A stretch of DNA of 64,000 bases from assembly GCF_963921235.1 (NCBI RefSeq), contig NC_086101.1:310001-374000 (forward strand), in the 5' to 3' direction. How positions within the stretch are numbered: position 1 is the first letter of the stretch; each line of letters starts with the position of its first letter. This document shows, in pieces, positions 49,457 to 61,099 of this stretch. Below the pieces are notes generated by a model that was not told where the DNA came from, ran no database searches, and was given only the letters and a program-made list of their open reading frames with translations. Source of the DNA: Mobula hypostoma. Lineage: Eukaryota. Position numbers and translations under genes: made by a program.

Positions 49457-50725
49457 AAGCTGTTCTAAGAATCCATCTCGGAGGGACTCCACAAACTCCC
49501 TTTCTTGGGGTCCAGCACCAACCTGATTCCTCCAGTCTACCTGCATGTTGAAGTCCCCCATAACAACTGTAGCATTACCTTTGCGACATGCCAGTTTTAA
49601 CTCTTGATTCAACTTACACCCTACGTCCAGACTACTGTTTGGGGGCCTGTAGATAACTCCCATTAGGGTCTTTCTACCCTTAGAATTTCTCAGTTCTATC
49701 CATACTGACTCTACATCTCCTGATTCGATGTGCCCCCCTCGCAAGGGACTGAATATCATTCCTCACCAACAGAGCCACCTCACCGCCTCTGCCCATCAGT
49801 CTGTCCTTTCGATAGGACGTATTCCTTGAATATTCATTTCCCAGGCCCTGTCCACTTGAAGCCATGTCTCTGTTATTCCCACAACATCACACTTACCAAT
49901 TTCCAACTGTGCCTCAAGCACATCCACTTTATTTCTTATACTCCGTGCATTCATATACAATACTTTTAATCTATTACTCCCCTGACCTCCTATATCAGTC
50001 CCTATATCACTTGGCCATACTGTACAATCCCTTCTTGAGCTTTCTGCTCTGTTGATTCTGCTGTCATTCTTAACTTTTCTTATTCTCACTTTCCCTTTAT
50101 CTCCATCCTTATGTTTCCAGTTCGTCCCCCCGCCCCCACTACTTAGTTTAAACACACCCGTATTGCAGAGGCAAACCTGTGCCAGAATGCTGGTGCCCCG
50201 CTTATTAAGGTGCAACCCGTCCCTTTTGTACAATTCATCCTTACCCCGAAACATACCCCAGTGGTCCAAGAATGTAAATCCCTGATTCCTACACCAGTTC
50301 CTCAGCCACACATTCAAATCCATTATCTCCCTGTTCTTGACCACTCCAGCATGGGGAACTGGAAGCAAACCGGAGATAACCACCCTGGAAGTCCTGCTTT
50401 TCAGCCTTCTTCCGAGTTCTCTGAAGTTGCGCTGTAGAATGTCTTTCCTCTTCTCCCCCACGACATCTGTGCCCACGTGCACCACCACTTCCGGATGTTC
50501 TCCTTCACCCTTGAGGATTCCCTGCAATCGATCCGTGACTTCCTGGATCCTGGCACCAGGGAGGCAGCACACCATCCTTAAATCCCGCCTGTTGCCGCAG
50601 AAACCCCTTTCTGTACCTCTCACTATGGAGTCCCCTACTACCACGGCTCTGCCTGACGTCTGTTCCTCGGCTTTGCCTGAACGCCAATTGTTGACTCGAA
50701 GACCCGTCCGCCTCTCAGACTGGCA
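49457..50725 (-). mobile_element. CR1-F 5' part (ORF1 SGNH esterase and ORF2 endonuclease start)
   Basis: VVGDSIVRG, CLPGARI, VVHVGT, YKRDGLHLN, YMNARSI. Confidence 0.9.
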
Positions 50726-50727
50726 CT

Positions 50728-50836
50728 GGTTATGGGCTGAGTGCAGGTCGGTGAGACTAGGTGAGAGTAAGAGTTCCGCACGGACTAGAAGGGCCGAGAT
50801 GGCCTGTTTCCCTGCTGTAATTGTTATATGGTTATT
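50728..50836 (+). mobile_element. CR1-E 3' tail fragment
   Basis: GAAGGGCCGAGATGGCCTG..GCTGTAATTGTTATATGGTTAT, matching 40770-40870 reversed. Confidence 0.75.
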
Positions 50837-50839
50837 AGG

Positions 50840-51588
50840 TCATATAAAATCAACTAAAGGTATTGAAAGAAACAAGGTGGAGTTGCCAAGAACGCGACCG
50901 TGGGACATTTTGCATAACCGAACGAACCCATATATCAAGTGTGGTAAGAACCCAGGCACCCAAAACCAAAAACACTCTTCTTTGAAGTTCCCATCAATCC
51001 TCCAACACACCTTGAACAGATTAATCATTTCTTCCCCCTTAAATTAATCCAGTATGTTAACATTAAACTCAACCTCCACAATTTCAACCAGTAAAGCCAA
51101 AACGGGACAACCTGATTGCACCACAACACAATCTTAAAGCCTGTGCTTGTATCACACGCAAACAAGATAAAGTTGAAGATGAAGCTGACCTATACACCAC
51201 AGCCATAATCAAGAACAGATCCAAATAAAAGAACGAAATTCGTCAACAAATATTTTCATGTGACACCCCAGATTACCCACAGAGATAACTGAGAGTACTT
51301 AACGTTTCTTTATATTTATCAATTACTTTTCTGAGCCGCTGCTTCCATGTCAGCTTATGCCTGGAAATCTTACCACTGACTCCTTTTAAGGAGTTTGACA
51401 ATAACATTTCCAATCAAGTGCAGGTCCATTAATCCTGTTTGTAAAACACATACCTTGTCTTGTAGCTACTGAAAGCTTGAATCCCATCTATTTGCTGACT
51501 ATTCGTCCATATTAATTACGAATGCATCCTATATTGAGTAAAATTAAAATTTCTACCTCTAATCCATAAACCACCATCATCTGCAACT
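50840..51588 (-). mobile_element. Ancient Nimb/I-clade LINE RT relic
   Basis: Manual minus-strand translation across frameshifts: ADDGGLWIRGRN, KLTWKQ..KVIDK, SVLDYGC, VIQAQALRLCCGAIR, PVLALLVE. Confidence 0.75.
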
Positions 51589-51821
51589 AGTGTTGGTGCT
51601 AAGTTTAGTAAACAATGGAGGCATGTTGACGCCTCTCCAAGATAAGGTTGGTATTGCTGTTCAACTGATAAGCAAAGCTGCTGTTGAGGCCTATGATAGC
51701 AAAACTAGAGGTTTAAATTGTGATGATGTTACACAGACTTTTCTACCTTCCAGATTTCAGCAGGACTTAGAGGGTAGTAAGGCTGAAGAGAGCAGGAGGA
51801 AAGGAAAGCTTTGTCTTTATT

Positions 51822-53982
51822 GAGGAATAAAGGGACACTGGCGGGAAAGACGGCAGAGCAGCAGTGGCTGGAGTTGTTGCGAGAAGTGAGGAAGGTGCGA
51901 GACAGGTATATTCCAAAAAAGAAGAAATTTTTGAATGGAAAAAGGATGCAACCGTGTTTGACAAGAGAAGTCAAAGCCAAAGTTAAAGCAAAGGAGAGGG
52001 CGTACAAGGAAGCAAAAATTAGTGGGAAGACAGAGGATTGGGAAGTTTTTAAAACCTTACAAAAGGAAACCAAGAAGGTCATTAAGAGGGAATAGATTAA
52101 CTATGAAAGGAAGCTGGCAAGTAATATCAAAGAGGATACTAAAAGTTTTTTCAAGTATATAAAGAGTAAAACACAGGTGAGAGTAGATATAGGACCGATA
52201 GAAAATGATGCTGGAGAAATTGTAATGGGAGATAAGGAGATGGCAGAGGAACTGAACGAGTATTTTGCATCAGTCTTCACTGAGGAAGACATCAGCAGTA
52301 TACCGGACACTCAAAGGTGGCAGGGAAGAGAAGTGTGCGCAGTCACAATTACGACAGAGAAAGTACTCAGGAAGATGAATAGTCTAAAGGTAGATAAATC
52401 TCCCGGACCAGATGGGATGCGCCTGCGTGTTCTGAAGGAAGTAGCTGTGGAGATTGCGGAGGCATTAGAGATGAACTTTCAAAAGTCGATAGATTCTGGC
52501 ATGGTTCCAGAGGACTGGAAGATTGCAAATGTCACTCCGCTATTTAAGAAGGGGGCAAGGAAGCAAAAAGGAAATTATAGACCTGTTATCTTGACATCGG
52601 TGCTTGGGAAGTCGTTGGAGTCGATTGTCAAGGATGAGGTTACAGAGTACCTGGAGGCATATGACAAGATAGGCAGAACTCAGCATGGATTCCTTAAAGG
52701 AAAATCCTCCCTGACCAACCTATTACAATTTTTTGAGGAAATTACCAGTAGTCTCGACAAGGGAGATGTAGTGGATGTCGTATATTTGGATTTTCAGAAG
52801 GCCTTTAACAAGGTGCCACACATGAGGCAACTTAACAAGATAAGAGCCCATGGAATTACGGGAAAGTTACATACGTGGATAGAGCATTGGCTGATTGGCA
52901 GGAAACAGAGAGTGGGAATAAAGGGATCCTATTCTGGTTGGCTGCTGGTTACCAGTGTGTTCCACAGGGGTCCGTGTTGGGGCCGCTTCTTTTTACATTG
53001 TACATCAACGATTTGGATTATGAAATAGATGGCTTTGTGGCTAAGTTTGCTGACGATACGAAGGTAGGTGGAGGGGGCGCTAGTGCTGAGGAAACGGAGA
53101 GTCTGCAGAGAGACTTGGATAGATTGGAAGAATGAGAAAAGAAGTGGCAAATGAAGTACATTGTTGGAAAGTGTATGGTTATGCACTTTGGCAGAAATAA
53201 TAAACGGGCAGACTATTATTTAAAATGGGGAAATAATTCAAAGTTCTGAGATGCAACGGGACTTGGGAGTCCTCGTACAGGATACCCTTAAGGTTAACCT
53301 CCAGGTTGAGTCAGTAGTGAAGAAGGCGAATGCAATGTTGGCATTCACTTGTAGAGGAATAGAGTATAGGAGCAGGGATGTGATGTTGAGGCTCTATAAG
53401 GCGCTGCTGAGACTTCACTTGGAGTACTCTGGGCAGTTTTGGACTCCTTATTTAAAAAAGGATGTGCTGACGTTGGAGAGGGTACAGAGAAGATTCACTA
53501 GAGTGATTCCGGGAATGAGAGGGTTAACATATGAGGAACGTTTGTCCGCTCTTGGACTGTTTTCCTTGGAGTTTAGAAGAATGAGGGGAGACCTCATAGA
53601 AACATTTCGAATGTTGAAAGGCATGGACAGAGCGGATGTGGCAAAGTTGTTTCCCATGATGGGGGAGTCTAGTACGAGAGGGCATGACCTAAGGATTGAA
53701 GGGCGCCCATTCAGAACAGAAATTCGAAGAAAGTTTTTTAGTCAGAGTGTGGAGAATCTATGGAATTTGTTGCCACTGGCGGCAGTGGAGGCCAAGTCAT
53801 TGGGTGTATTTAAGGCAGAGATTGATAGGTATCTGCGTAGCTGGGGCATCAAAGGTTATGGAGAGAAGGCGGGGGAGATGGTCTAAATGGGAGAATGGAT
53901 CAGCTCATGATAAAATGACGGAGCAGGTTCGATGGGCCGAATGGCCGACTTTTGCTCCTTTGTCTTATGGTCTTATGGTCTT
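51822..53982 (+). mobile_element. CR1-C, 5'-truncated
   Basis: ORFs 52177..53028 and 53251..53886; GTCTTATG tail. Confidence 0.92.
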
Positions 53983-54006
53983 CTAGGAGTTGGGAATAAA
54001 CGTTGA

Positions 54007-57000
54007 GGGGACTTCCGGTAGCGCTCATGGAGTGAAGTCGCGTTCTTGACTCGCTCCATTACCTCTGAGTTTTTTCTCTCTATGGTCAGCTATACTTTAA
54101 TTAACTATTAAGGCATCAATTTTTACAATACTTTGAATTAAACTGAATTCTCTGACAATTGGATGATATTGAGATCGGCTATGTCTAAGAACGGGAAAGA
54201 CGGCAAGGATGGTAAACCTTCGGTTAAACCGAAAGCTACGGATCTCCCTCCGACTGAATCACCGGTGACTTTGAAAGCGATATCGGAGTTAATTCAGAGG
54301 GAAATTTCAACCTCTGTTAGGGAGATGATTCGTACAGAAATTATGGGCTTTGTTAAAGACCTGATTCATACGGAAATCTCAACTAAGTTCCAGAAAATTG
54401 CCGATTTAATTGATAAGATGCAAACATGTATTGCGGAACATCAGTCGGCTATATCTGATCTTCAAAAATCCGCGCAACAAAGTGAGCTTAAGATGGGGAA
54501 AGTCGAAGAAACAATTAATGTAATGAAGAAGAAACTTGACTTTTTGACTTTTAAAAACTCTGACTTGGAATCTAGAATGCGACGGCAGAATTTACGAATG
54601 ATTGGCGTCAGGGAAGCCGTGGAAGCTAACAACCCTATGAAATATTTCTCCCAACTTTTAAAAGATGCATTCCCTACTGTATTTCCTGACCAACCACCGC
54701 TACTGGATCGTGTTCACAGAATCCCATCATACTCGTCTAGGTCAGATAGACCGAGGCATGTTATCTTACGTTTTCATTACTTTCAAGACAAGGAGAGACT
54801 GTTTCGATTCGCTCGATCTAAAGGTTTCATTGATTTTTCGGATCTTAAGTTCCGATTCGTGGAAGATTTCAGTAAACCAATCTGGGACCAACGGGTCCGT
54901 TACAGATCCGTGATGTCGGAATTCTATAAGATGGATTTAAGACCAGCGCTGCTGTACCCTGCACGTCTAAGGATTCGCATGTTAGATGGAGCCCTTCGTT
55001 TTTTTGATTCTCTATCGGATGCCCAGAGTTATCTGGATCAACTTTCATCTTCAACATCTTAATTGCCTTTTTTTTAAATTTTCTCCGTTGATCGGAGGCT
55101 GTGAATTGGTTGGTTTTAACTTTTCTGTGCCCTATTTGGGCAGAAAAGTTTACTTTCGATTTCTTAATATGGCTGCTAAACTTTCTTTTTAACTGCGTCA
55201 TTTCTTTCTTTTCCCAGGGGATTCTGAGTGGTTACTTCCCTTTTGTCATCTTACGTATTTCCTGTGCGGCCTTAAATTTTGTAGTTTTTTTTAAATTTTA
55301 TTCGGTTTTGCTTTTTATAATCATTTTATGTTAATAATCCTATTTTTTTTTTGTTGCTGTGTCTATTCATGAGTTTGAGGTTTATTGTGGTTTTTTTTTA
55401 ATATATACTTTCCGGCTTTTGTTCTGTTCTGTGTGTATTTTAATTGAGCTAACTTTTTTTTACTTTTTTTTTACTGTTTTACAATTAGCTGACCCTTTTC
55501 ATATTTATACCTTTTTTTTAGGGAGCGTATACCGGAAGTCATGGGGGTAGTTTTAGCGCTTGCTTCTTTCTGGCGGGTCTGCTTTAGATTTCGCCTTGGG
55601 GTCTTGGGGTGGGGGGTGGTGGGAGGGGCTTCACGTTTTAGTTTGTTTCTCTTTGGGCTATATACATTATTGAAGTATTGGTTGCGTCCTTTTCCCCGGT
55701 ATCTTTTGTATGTTCTGTTTCCTCTCCGGGTTTGTGGGTCGCGCCTATTGTCAATCCTCCTTGTTATGGGTTGACTTTAGGATTTATGGAGTCTATTATT
55801 AATTTTGTCTCCTGGAATACTAATGGTCTTAATCATCCTATTAAAAGGAAAAAAGTTTTTAAAGTGTTCCGGAGACTTAAAGCACAAATTTTATTTTTAC
55901 AAGAGACCCATGTACGGAGGGGGGACAGACTACGTTTTTTCAAATTCTGGAAGGGACAACAATTTCATTCGAACTCCAATGCTAAGATTCGAGGCGTCTC
56001 TATTTTTATAGACTCCTCAGTTACTTTTATACAACAGGATATTATTTCTGATCCGAATGGTAGATTTTTACTGGTTAGTGGTTTACTATTTAATAAAAAA
56101 GTAGTTTTGGTTAATGTTTATGCTCCTAATATGGATTGTCCGGAATTTTATAAATCATTGTTTGATCAGTTTCCGAATTTGAACGAGTTTTCATTGATTT
56201 GGGGCGGAGATCTTAATACCTGTTTATCTCCAGCTTTGGACCGTTCGGCTCCTTTACGGACTTTACCTAATAAATCTGCGAATTTGATTAATTTTTTCCT
56301 TTCTGATTCTGGGTCGACGGACATTTGGCGTTTTCTGCATCCTCAGGAAAAAGATTTTTCCTTCTTTTCACATGTTCATCATTCCTATTCAAGAATTGAT
56401 TATTTTTTCATTGATTCTCGTCTCATTCCTTCAGTGATTAAATGTGATTATGATTCTATAACCATTTCGGATCATGCTCCACTTAAGCTTTCTATTAAAA
56501 TTATGGCCAATATACCAAACAATAGACAATGGCGTTTTAATTCGCTGTTGCTTCAGGACTCGGACTTTGTTAATTTTATGAATGAACAGATTGAGCTTTT
56601 TTTTACAATTAACCATACAGAAGATATTTCGGTTAACACTCTTTGGGACACTTTTAAAGCCTATATTCGGGGTCAGATTATTTCGTATTCCGTTGCTTTG
56701 AGGAAGAAACAGAAGCAGGAGGAGATGGCAATTGTGGACAAGATTAAAGAAATTGATAAGAAATATGTTATGGCTCCTTCTGAGGAGCTATACAAACAAA
56801 GAACTGAACTTCAAATGGAACACAGTTTACTACTCTCGTCCTCGATTGTAAACCAATTAAAGAAAACAAGAAGTGATTTTTATGTTCACAGTGATAAAAT
56901 TGGCAAGCTGCTGGCTAATCAATTGAAATCTAATTATGTTAAATCTCAAATCAATCAGATTTATAACCAAAATGATCGATTGATATTGGATCATGTGGGG

Positions 57001-58954
57001 ATTAATCAAACCTTTTGTGATTTTTATTCTTCTTTATATCAATCAGAGTCTCCTCGAGATTCTAAATATATGAATGATTTTTTAGATAAGTTAGACTTCC
57101 CTCAGATTTCACAGGATATGTCTTCTTTATTAGATACTTCCATTACAATGGATGAGATTAAGAATGTTATTTTTTCTATGAATCTGGGGAAAGCTCCTGG
57201 CCCTGATGGGTTTACCGTTGAATTTTATAAATGTTTTGCTTCTTTATTGATTCCTTGGCTCTATAAGGTTTTTGAGGCTTCTTTGAAACTTGGTAAACTT
57301 CCGGAATCTTTTAATAGAGCATCAATTTCTTTAATACTAAAGAAGGATAAAGACCCTGCTCAATGTGCATCTTATAGACCAATATCTTTATTAAATGTTG
57401 ATTCTAAAGTTTTTTCCAAGTTATTAGCAAATAGACTAGAAAAAGTACTTCCTTCTATTATTTCGGAAGACCAAACGGGTTTTATTAAAGGTCGTTACTC
57501 TTTTTATAATATTCGTACATTGTTAAATATCGTTTATACTCCCTCACAAAATGTTCCTGAGTGTGTTATTTCTTTAGATGCCGAGAAAGCTTTTGATAGA
57601 GTAGAATGGCCTTATTTATTTAAGGTGCTTGAAATGTTTAATTTTAGCTTGAAATTTATATCCTGGATTAAACTGTTATATCACTCCCCTGTAGCCTCGG
57701 TTCGTACTAACTCCTTAAACTCACCTTTTTTTCCTCTCTTTCGTGGTACTCGACAAGGCTGTCCTCTTAGTCCCCTATTATTTGATATTGCATTAGAACC
57801 TCTTGCAATTGCTATTCGAGAATCTTCAAATATTACTGGGATAACTCGGGGATTAAAGTCCCATAAATTATCACTCTATGCTGATGATTTACTTTTATAT
57901 ATTTCTAATCCTGAGAGATCCATTCCTGCTGTTTTAGAGTTATTAGCACAATTTGGTCTTTTCTCAGGTTATAAATTAAATCTTAGTAAGAGTGAACTTT
58001 TTCCGATTAATAAACATCTTCCCTTATATTATAAATTTCCATTTAAATTGATTAATAATTACTTTTCATATCTTGGGATTAAAATTACTTGTAAACATAA
58101 AGATTTATTTAAGACTAACTTTTTACCATTAATAGACCATATTACTCAACTTTCATCTAAATGGTTTCCCTTATATTTAACTTTGATTGGTCGTATTAAT
58201 GCAGTTAAGATGTTTTTTTTGCCAAAATTTTTATATGTGTTTCAGGCATTACCAATTTTCGTTCCTAAATCTTTTTTTGATAAAGTTGACTCTAAAATTT
58301 CTTCATTTATTTGGCAGAATAAGAATCCGAGACTGGGTAAAATACATTTACAGAAAGCTAAGAGAGATGGAGGTTTAGCATTACCTAACTTTAGATTTTA
58401 TTATTGGGCTATTAATATTCGACATATGAAATTTTGGTTACTTGACCGGGACATACTATCTATTCCTAAATGGGTAGCATTGGAATTACAATCTGTTCAG
58501 GGTTATACACTTGGTTCTATTTTAGGTTCCTCTCTTCCTTTTGATTCGAAACGCCTTAAGCAGGTCTCTAACCCGATAGTTAAATATGCTTTGCGCATTT
58601 GGTTTCAATTCAGAAAATTTTTTGATCTTAATCAATTCGGGTTAGCGATTCCTATTTTAGGTAACATATTTTTTCCTCCCTCTTTTACGGATCGCGCTTT
58701 TCAAACTTGGAAGACTAAGGGTATTTTACGGTTTTTGGATTTATTTTTAGATGGTTCCCTTATGTCTTTTGAACAATTATCTAATAAATATAACTTATCA
58801 AGAATACATTTTTTTAGATATTTACAAGTTAGAAATTTCCTAAGTACTATACTTTCTTCCTTTCCAATGCTTCCTCCTATATATATTTTAGATTCGATAA
58901 TTAACCTTAATCCATGTCAGAAAGGTGCATCGGCTATGATTTATAATATTATTA
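54007..58954 (+). mobile_element. L1-clade LINE, 5'-complete, 3'-truncated, with 16-bp TSD, inserted into a CR1-E remnant
   Basis: Starts GGGGACTTCCGG; ORF1; T-rich ~720-bp spacer; ORF2. TGGGAATAAACGTTGA at 53991-54006 and 58955-58970. No poly(A). Confidence 0.93.
54163..55062 (+). CDS. L1 ORF1p (coiled coil, RRM, CTD); start may be 54181
   Basis: DLESRMRRQNLRMIGVRE, LDRVHRI, PRHVILRFH, FVEDFS, LLYPARLRI; uninterrupted. Confidence 0.9.
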   Translation: MILRSAMSKNGKDGKDGKPSVKPKATDLPPTESPVTLKAISELIQREISTSVREMIRTEIMGFVKDLIHTEISTKFQKIADLIDKMQTCIAEHQSAISDLQKSAQQSELKMGKVEETINVMKKKLDFLTFKNSDLESRMRRQNLRMIGVREAVEANNPMKYFSQLLKDAFPTVFPDQPPLLDRVHRIPSYSSRSDRPRHVILRFHYFQDKERLFRFARSKGFIDFSDLKFRFVEDFSKPIWDQRVRYRSVMSEFYKMDLRPALLYPARLRIRMLDGALRFFDSLSDAQSYLDQLSSSTS

Positions 58955-58980
58955 TGGGAATAAACGTTGAAATTGTATAA
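55786..58980 (+). CDS. L1 ORF2p (APE endonuclease and RT), open for 1064 aa but lacking the C-terminal Cys-rich domain
   Basis: SWNTNGL, LQETH, NVYAPN, GGDLN, SRIDY, SDHAP; GKAPGPDG, YRPISLLN, DAEKAFD, GTRQGCPLSP, YADD. The last residues read through the TSD. Confidence 0.92.
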   Translation: MESIINFVSWNTNGLNHPIKRKKVFKVFRRLKAQILFLQETHVRRGDRLRFFKFWKGQQFHSNSNAKIRGVSIFIDSSVTFIQQDIISDPNGRFLLVSGLLFNKKVVLVNVYAPNMDCPEFYKSLFDQFPNLNEFSLIWGGDLNTCLSPALDRSAPLRTLPNKSANLINFFLSDSGSTDIWRFLHPQEKDFSFFSHVHHSYSRIDYFFIDSRLIPSVIKCDYDSITISDHAPLKLSIKIMANIPNNRQWRFNSLLLQDSDFVNFMNEQIELFFTINHTEDISVNTLWDTFKAYIRGQIISYSVALRKKQKQEEMAIVDKIKEIDKKYVMAPSEELYKQRTELQMEHSLLLSSSIVNQLKKTRSDFYVHSDKIGKLLANQLKSNYVKSQINQIYNQNDRLILDHVGINQTFCDFYSSLYQSESPRDSKYMNDFLDKLDFPQISQDMSSLLDTSITMDEIKNVIFSMNLGKAPGPDGFTVEFYKCFASLLIPWLYKVFEASLKLGKLPESFNRASISLILKKDKDPAQCASYRPISLLNVDSKVFSKLLANRLEKVLPSIISEDQTGFIKGRYSFYNIRTLLNIVYTPSQNVPECVISLDAEKAFDRVEWPYLFKVLEMFNFSLKFISWIKLLYHSPVASVRTNSLNSPFFPLFRGTRQGCPLSPLLFDIALEPLAIAIRESSNITGITRGLKSHKLSLYADDLLLYISNPERSIPAVLELLAQFGLFSGYKLNLSKSELFPINKHLPLYYKFPFKLINNYFSYLGIKITCKHKDLFKTNFLPLIDHITQLSSKWFPLYLTLIGRINAVKMFFLPKFLYVFQALPIFVPKSFFDKVDSKISSFIWQNKNPRLGKIHLQKAKRDGGLALPNFRFYYWAINIRHMKFWLLDRDILSIPKWVALELQSVQGYTLGSILGSSLPFDSKRLKQVSNPIVKYALRIWFQFRKFFDLNQFGLAIPILGNIFFPPSFTDRAFQTWKTKGILRFLDLFLDGSLMSFEQLSNKYNLSRIHFFRYLQVRNFLSTILSSFPMLPPIYILDSIINLNPCQKGASAMIYNIIMGINVEIV

Positions 58981-59153
58981 TGCATTGGTGAGGGCAAATT
59001 TGGAGTATTGTGTACAGTTCTGGTCACCGAATTATAGGAAAAATGTCAATAAAATTGAGAGAGTAGAGAGGAGATCAGGACTGTGTACGGCATCCTAGTT
59101 CACAAACACGACATCAAATACGATATATACGATGTTATATTTTATGGATTAAC

Positions 59154-59833
59154 GGGAAGAGAAGATGGCGGCGGGACGCAACGCGCGCGTTCTCTCCGGT
59201 GAAATGATATCGTATTTGTTAACTAGGGGCCGTGCACAATTCTGATTTGATGGAGACAGACGTGAGAAGCACGGAGGAACATCTGGAGAAACTTCTGAAA
59301 TGCCCGGTTCGCTGCCGCTGCTACTGTGCGATCGAGAATCTTCGGAGGGAAGGCCACAAATGCTCGGCTATGCCTGCTGCTGCCGGCCGGGGCTGGGGTC
59401 GAAGCGTTGGGCAGAGACGGTGTTGGATGCTCGCTGTCGGAGGGCTGGTCGGAGGCTCGAAGTTTTCGGACGACTCAGAATCGGACTGTGGTCGGGTGCT
59501 TCCAGGATGCTGCATCGGCAAGTTTGCAGCGCTGGAAGCTCATGACAGTGAGACTTTTCTTCCTTCAACGGTCTGCGTGAGATGTGGGACTTTCGAGAGA
59601 CTTTGAACTTCTTTTTACCGTGCCCACGGCCTGTTCTTCATCAAGTTACGGTATTGCTTGCACTGTTGTAACAATATGTTATAATTATGTGGTTTTTGTC
59701 AGTTTTTCAGTCTTGGTCTGTCTTGTGTTTCTGTGATATCACACCGGAGGAATATTGTATCATTTCTTAATGCATGTATTACGAAATGACAATAAAAGAG
59801 GACTGCTTGTCTTCATAATCTAATGTAATCTAA
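59154..59833 (+). mobile_element. Unclassified ~680-bp non-coding retroposon, copy 2
   Basis: AAGATGGCGG at 59162-59171, CpG-rich body, TGACAATAAAA and TAATC-type tail; colinear with 38323-38978. Confidence 0.8.
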
Positions 59834-59914
59834 ATATGAGGTTTTTCCGGAGGAGATAATGATTTAAGCTACCATTCCGTACGGTGACGTCACCGGAACC
59901 CGAGGACGCGTTTT

Positions 59915-61098
59915 CAATGTATTTGGAGACGAAGGATAAAATAAGTCAGTGTTAGCATGGTCTCTGTATAAGAAAATCGTGCCTGACAAATCTGTTTGAG
60001 GTCTTTGAGGAAGTGAAAAGGAGGGTGGACAAATGAGAGGCAGTGGATTTCATTGACTTGGATTTTCAGAAGGCCTTGGATAAGGTACCACACACAAGGC
60101 TACCTAACAAGATAAAATCCTATGACAATGCAGGAAAGATACTGGCGTGGATAGAGGAATGGCTGACAGACAGGAGGCAGCGAGTGAGAATAAAGGGGAC
60201 CTTTTCAGGTTGGCTGCCAGTGACTAGTGCTGTTACACAGGGGTCAGTGTTGGGACCGCCACATTGTTTGTCAAAGATTTAGATAATGTAATTGATGGCT
60301 CAGTGGCAAAGTTTGCGGATGATGCAAAGATAGGTGCAGGGTTAGATAGTGCTGAGGAAGCAATGCGATTGCGGAAGGACTTAGATAAATTAGAGAAGTG
60401 ATTAAAAATATGACAGATTGAATACAGTGTTGGGAAATGTATGATCATGCATTTTGGTCTAAGGAATAATGTTGGTCAGTACTATTTAAATAGACAGAAA
60501 ATTCATTGGTGCAGGAAGCTTAGGAGTTCTCCTGCAAGAGTCCCTGAAGGTTATTTCGCAGGTTGAGTCTGTGGTAAAGAAGGGAAATGCAATGCTGGCT
60601 TTTCTTTGAATGGGAATAGAATATTTAAGCAAGGAGATAATGCTGAGCCTTTATAAGTTAGGCCCTACTTGGAGTTTTATCAACGTTTTGGGTCCCATAT
60701 CTCAGAAAGGAAGGGGAAATCTCATTGAAACCTACCGAGTGTTGAAAGGACTAGATAGGGTGGATGTGGAGATGTTGTTTCGTGTGTTGGGGGTATTCAG
60801 ACAAGAGAACACAGCCTCAACATTGAGGGGAAAAATTTTTGAACAGAGGTAAGGAGGAATATTTTTATCCAGAGAGTAGTGAACCTGTGGAATACTCTAT
60901 CACAGACTGCGGTGGAAGCTGTCTGTGGGTATATTTAAGGCGGAAGTTGATCATTTCCTGATCGATCAGGCCATCATTGGATATGGCGGGAAGGCAGGTG
61001 CATGGGGTTGAGTGGGATCCGCGATCAGCCATGATGGAATGGCGCAGCGGAGTCAATGGGCTGAACGGCCTAATTCTGCTCCTGTGTCTTATGGTCTT
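59915..61098 (+). mobile_element. Old degenerate CR1 RT and 3' end
   Basis: DLDFQKALDKVPH, QGSVLGP, KFADDAK; GTCTTATGGTCTTA tail. Confidence 0.85.
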
Positions 61099-61099
61099 A

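Noticed and set aside
51590..51823. 77-aa ORF faintly resembling a Gypsy gag/SCAN-like KA.EAY segment
   Set aside because: Too few matching residues, with no LTR or pol context.
55678..55785. N-terminal extension of L1 ORF2 in the ORF track
   Set aside because: Starts at a non-ATG codon; the endonuclease motif begins right after the ATG at 55786.
59232..59606. ORFs inside the non-coding retroposon (also 38468..38851)
   Set aside because: Frames and lengths are not conserved between the two copies; GC-rich chance ORFs.
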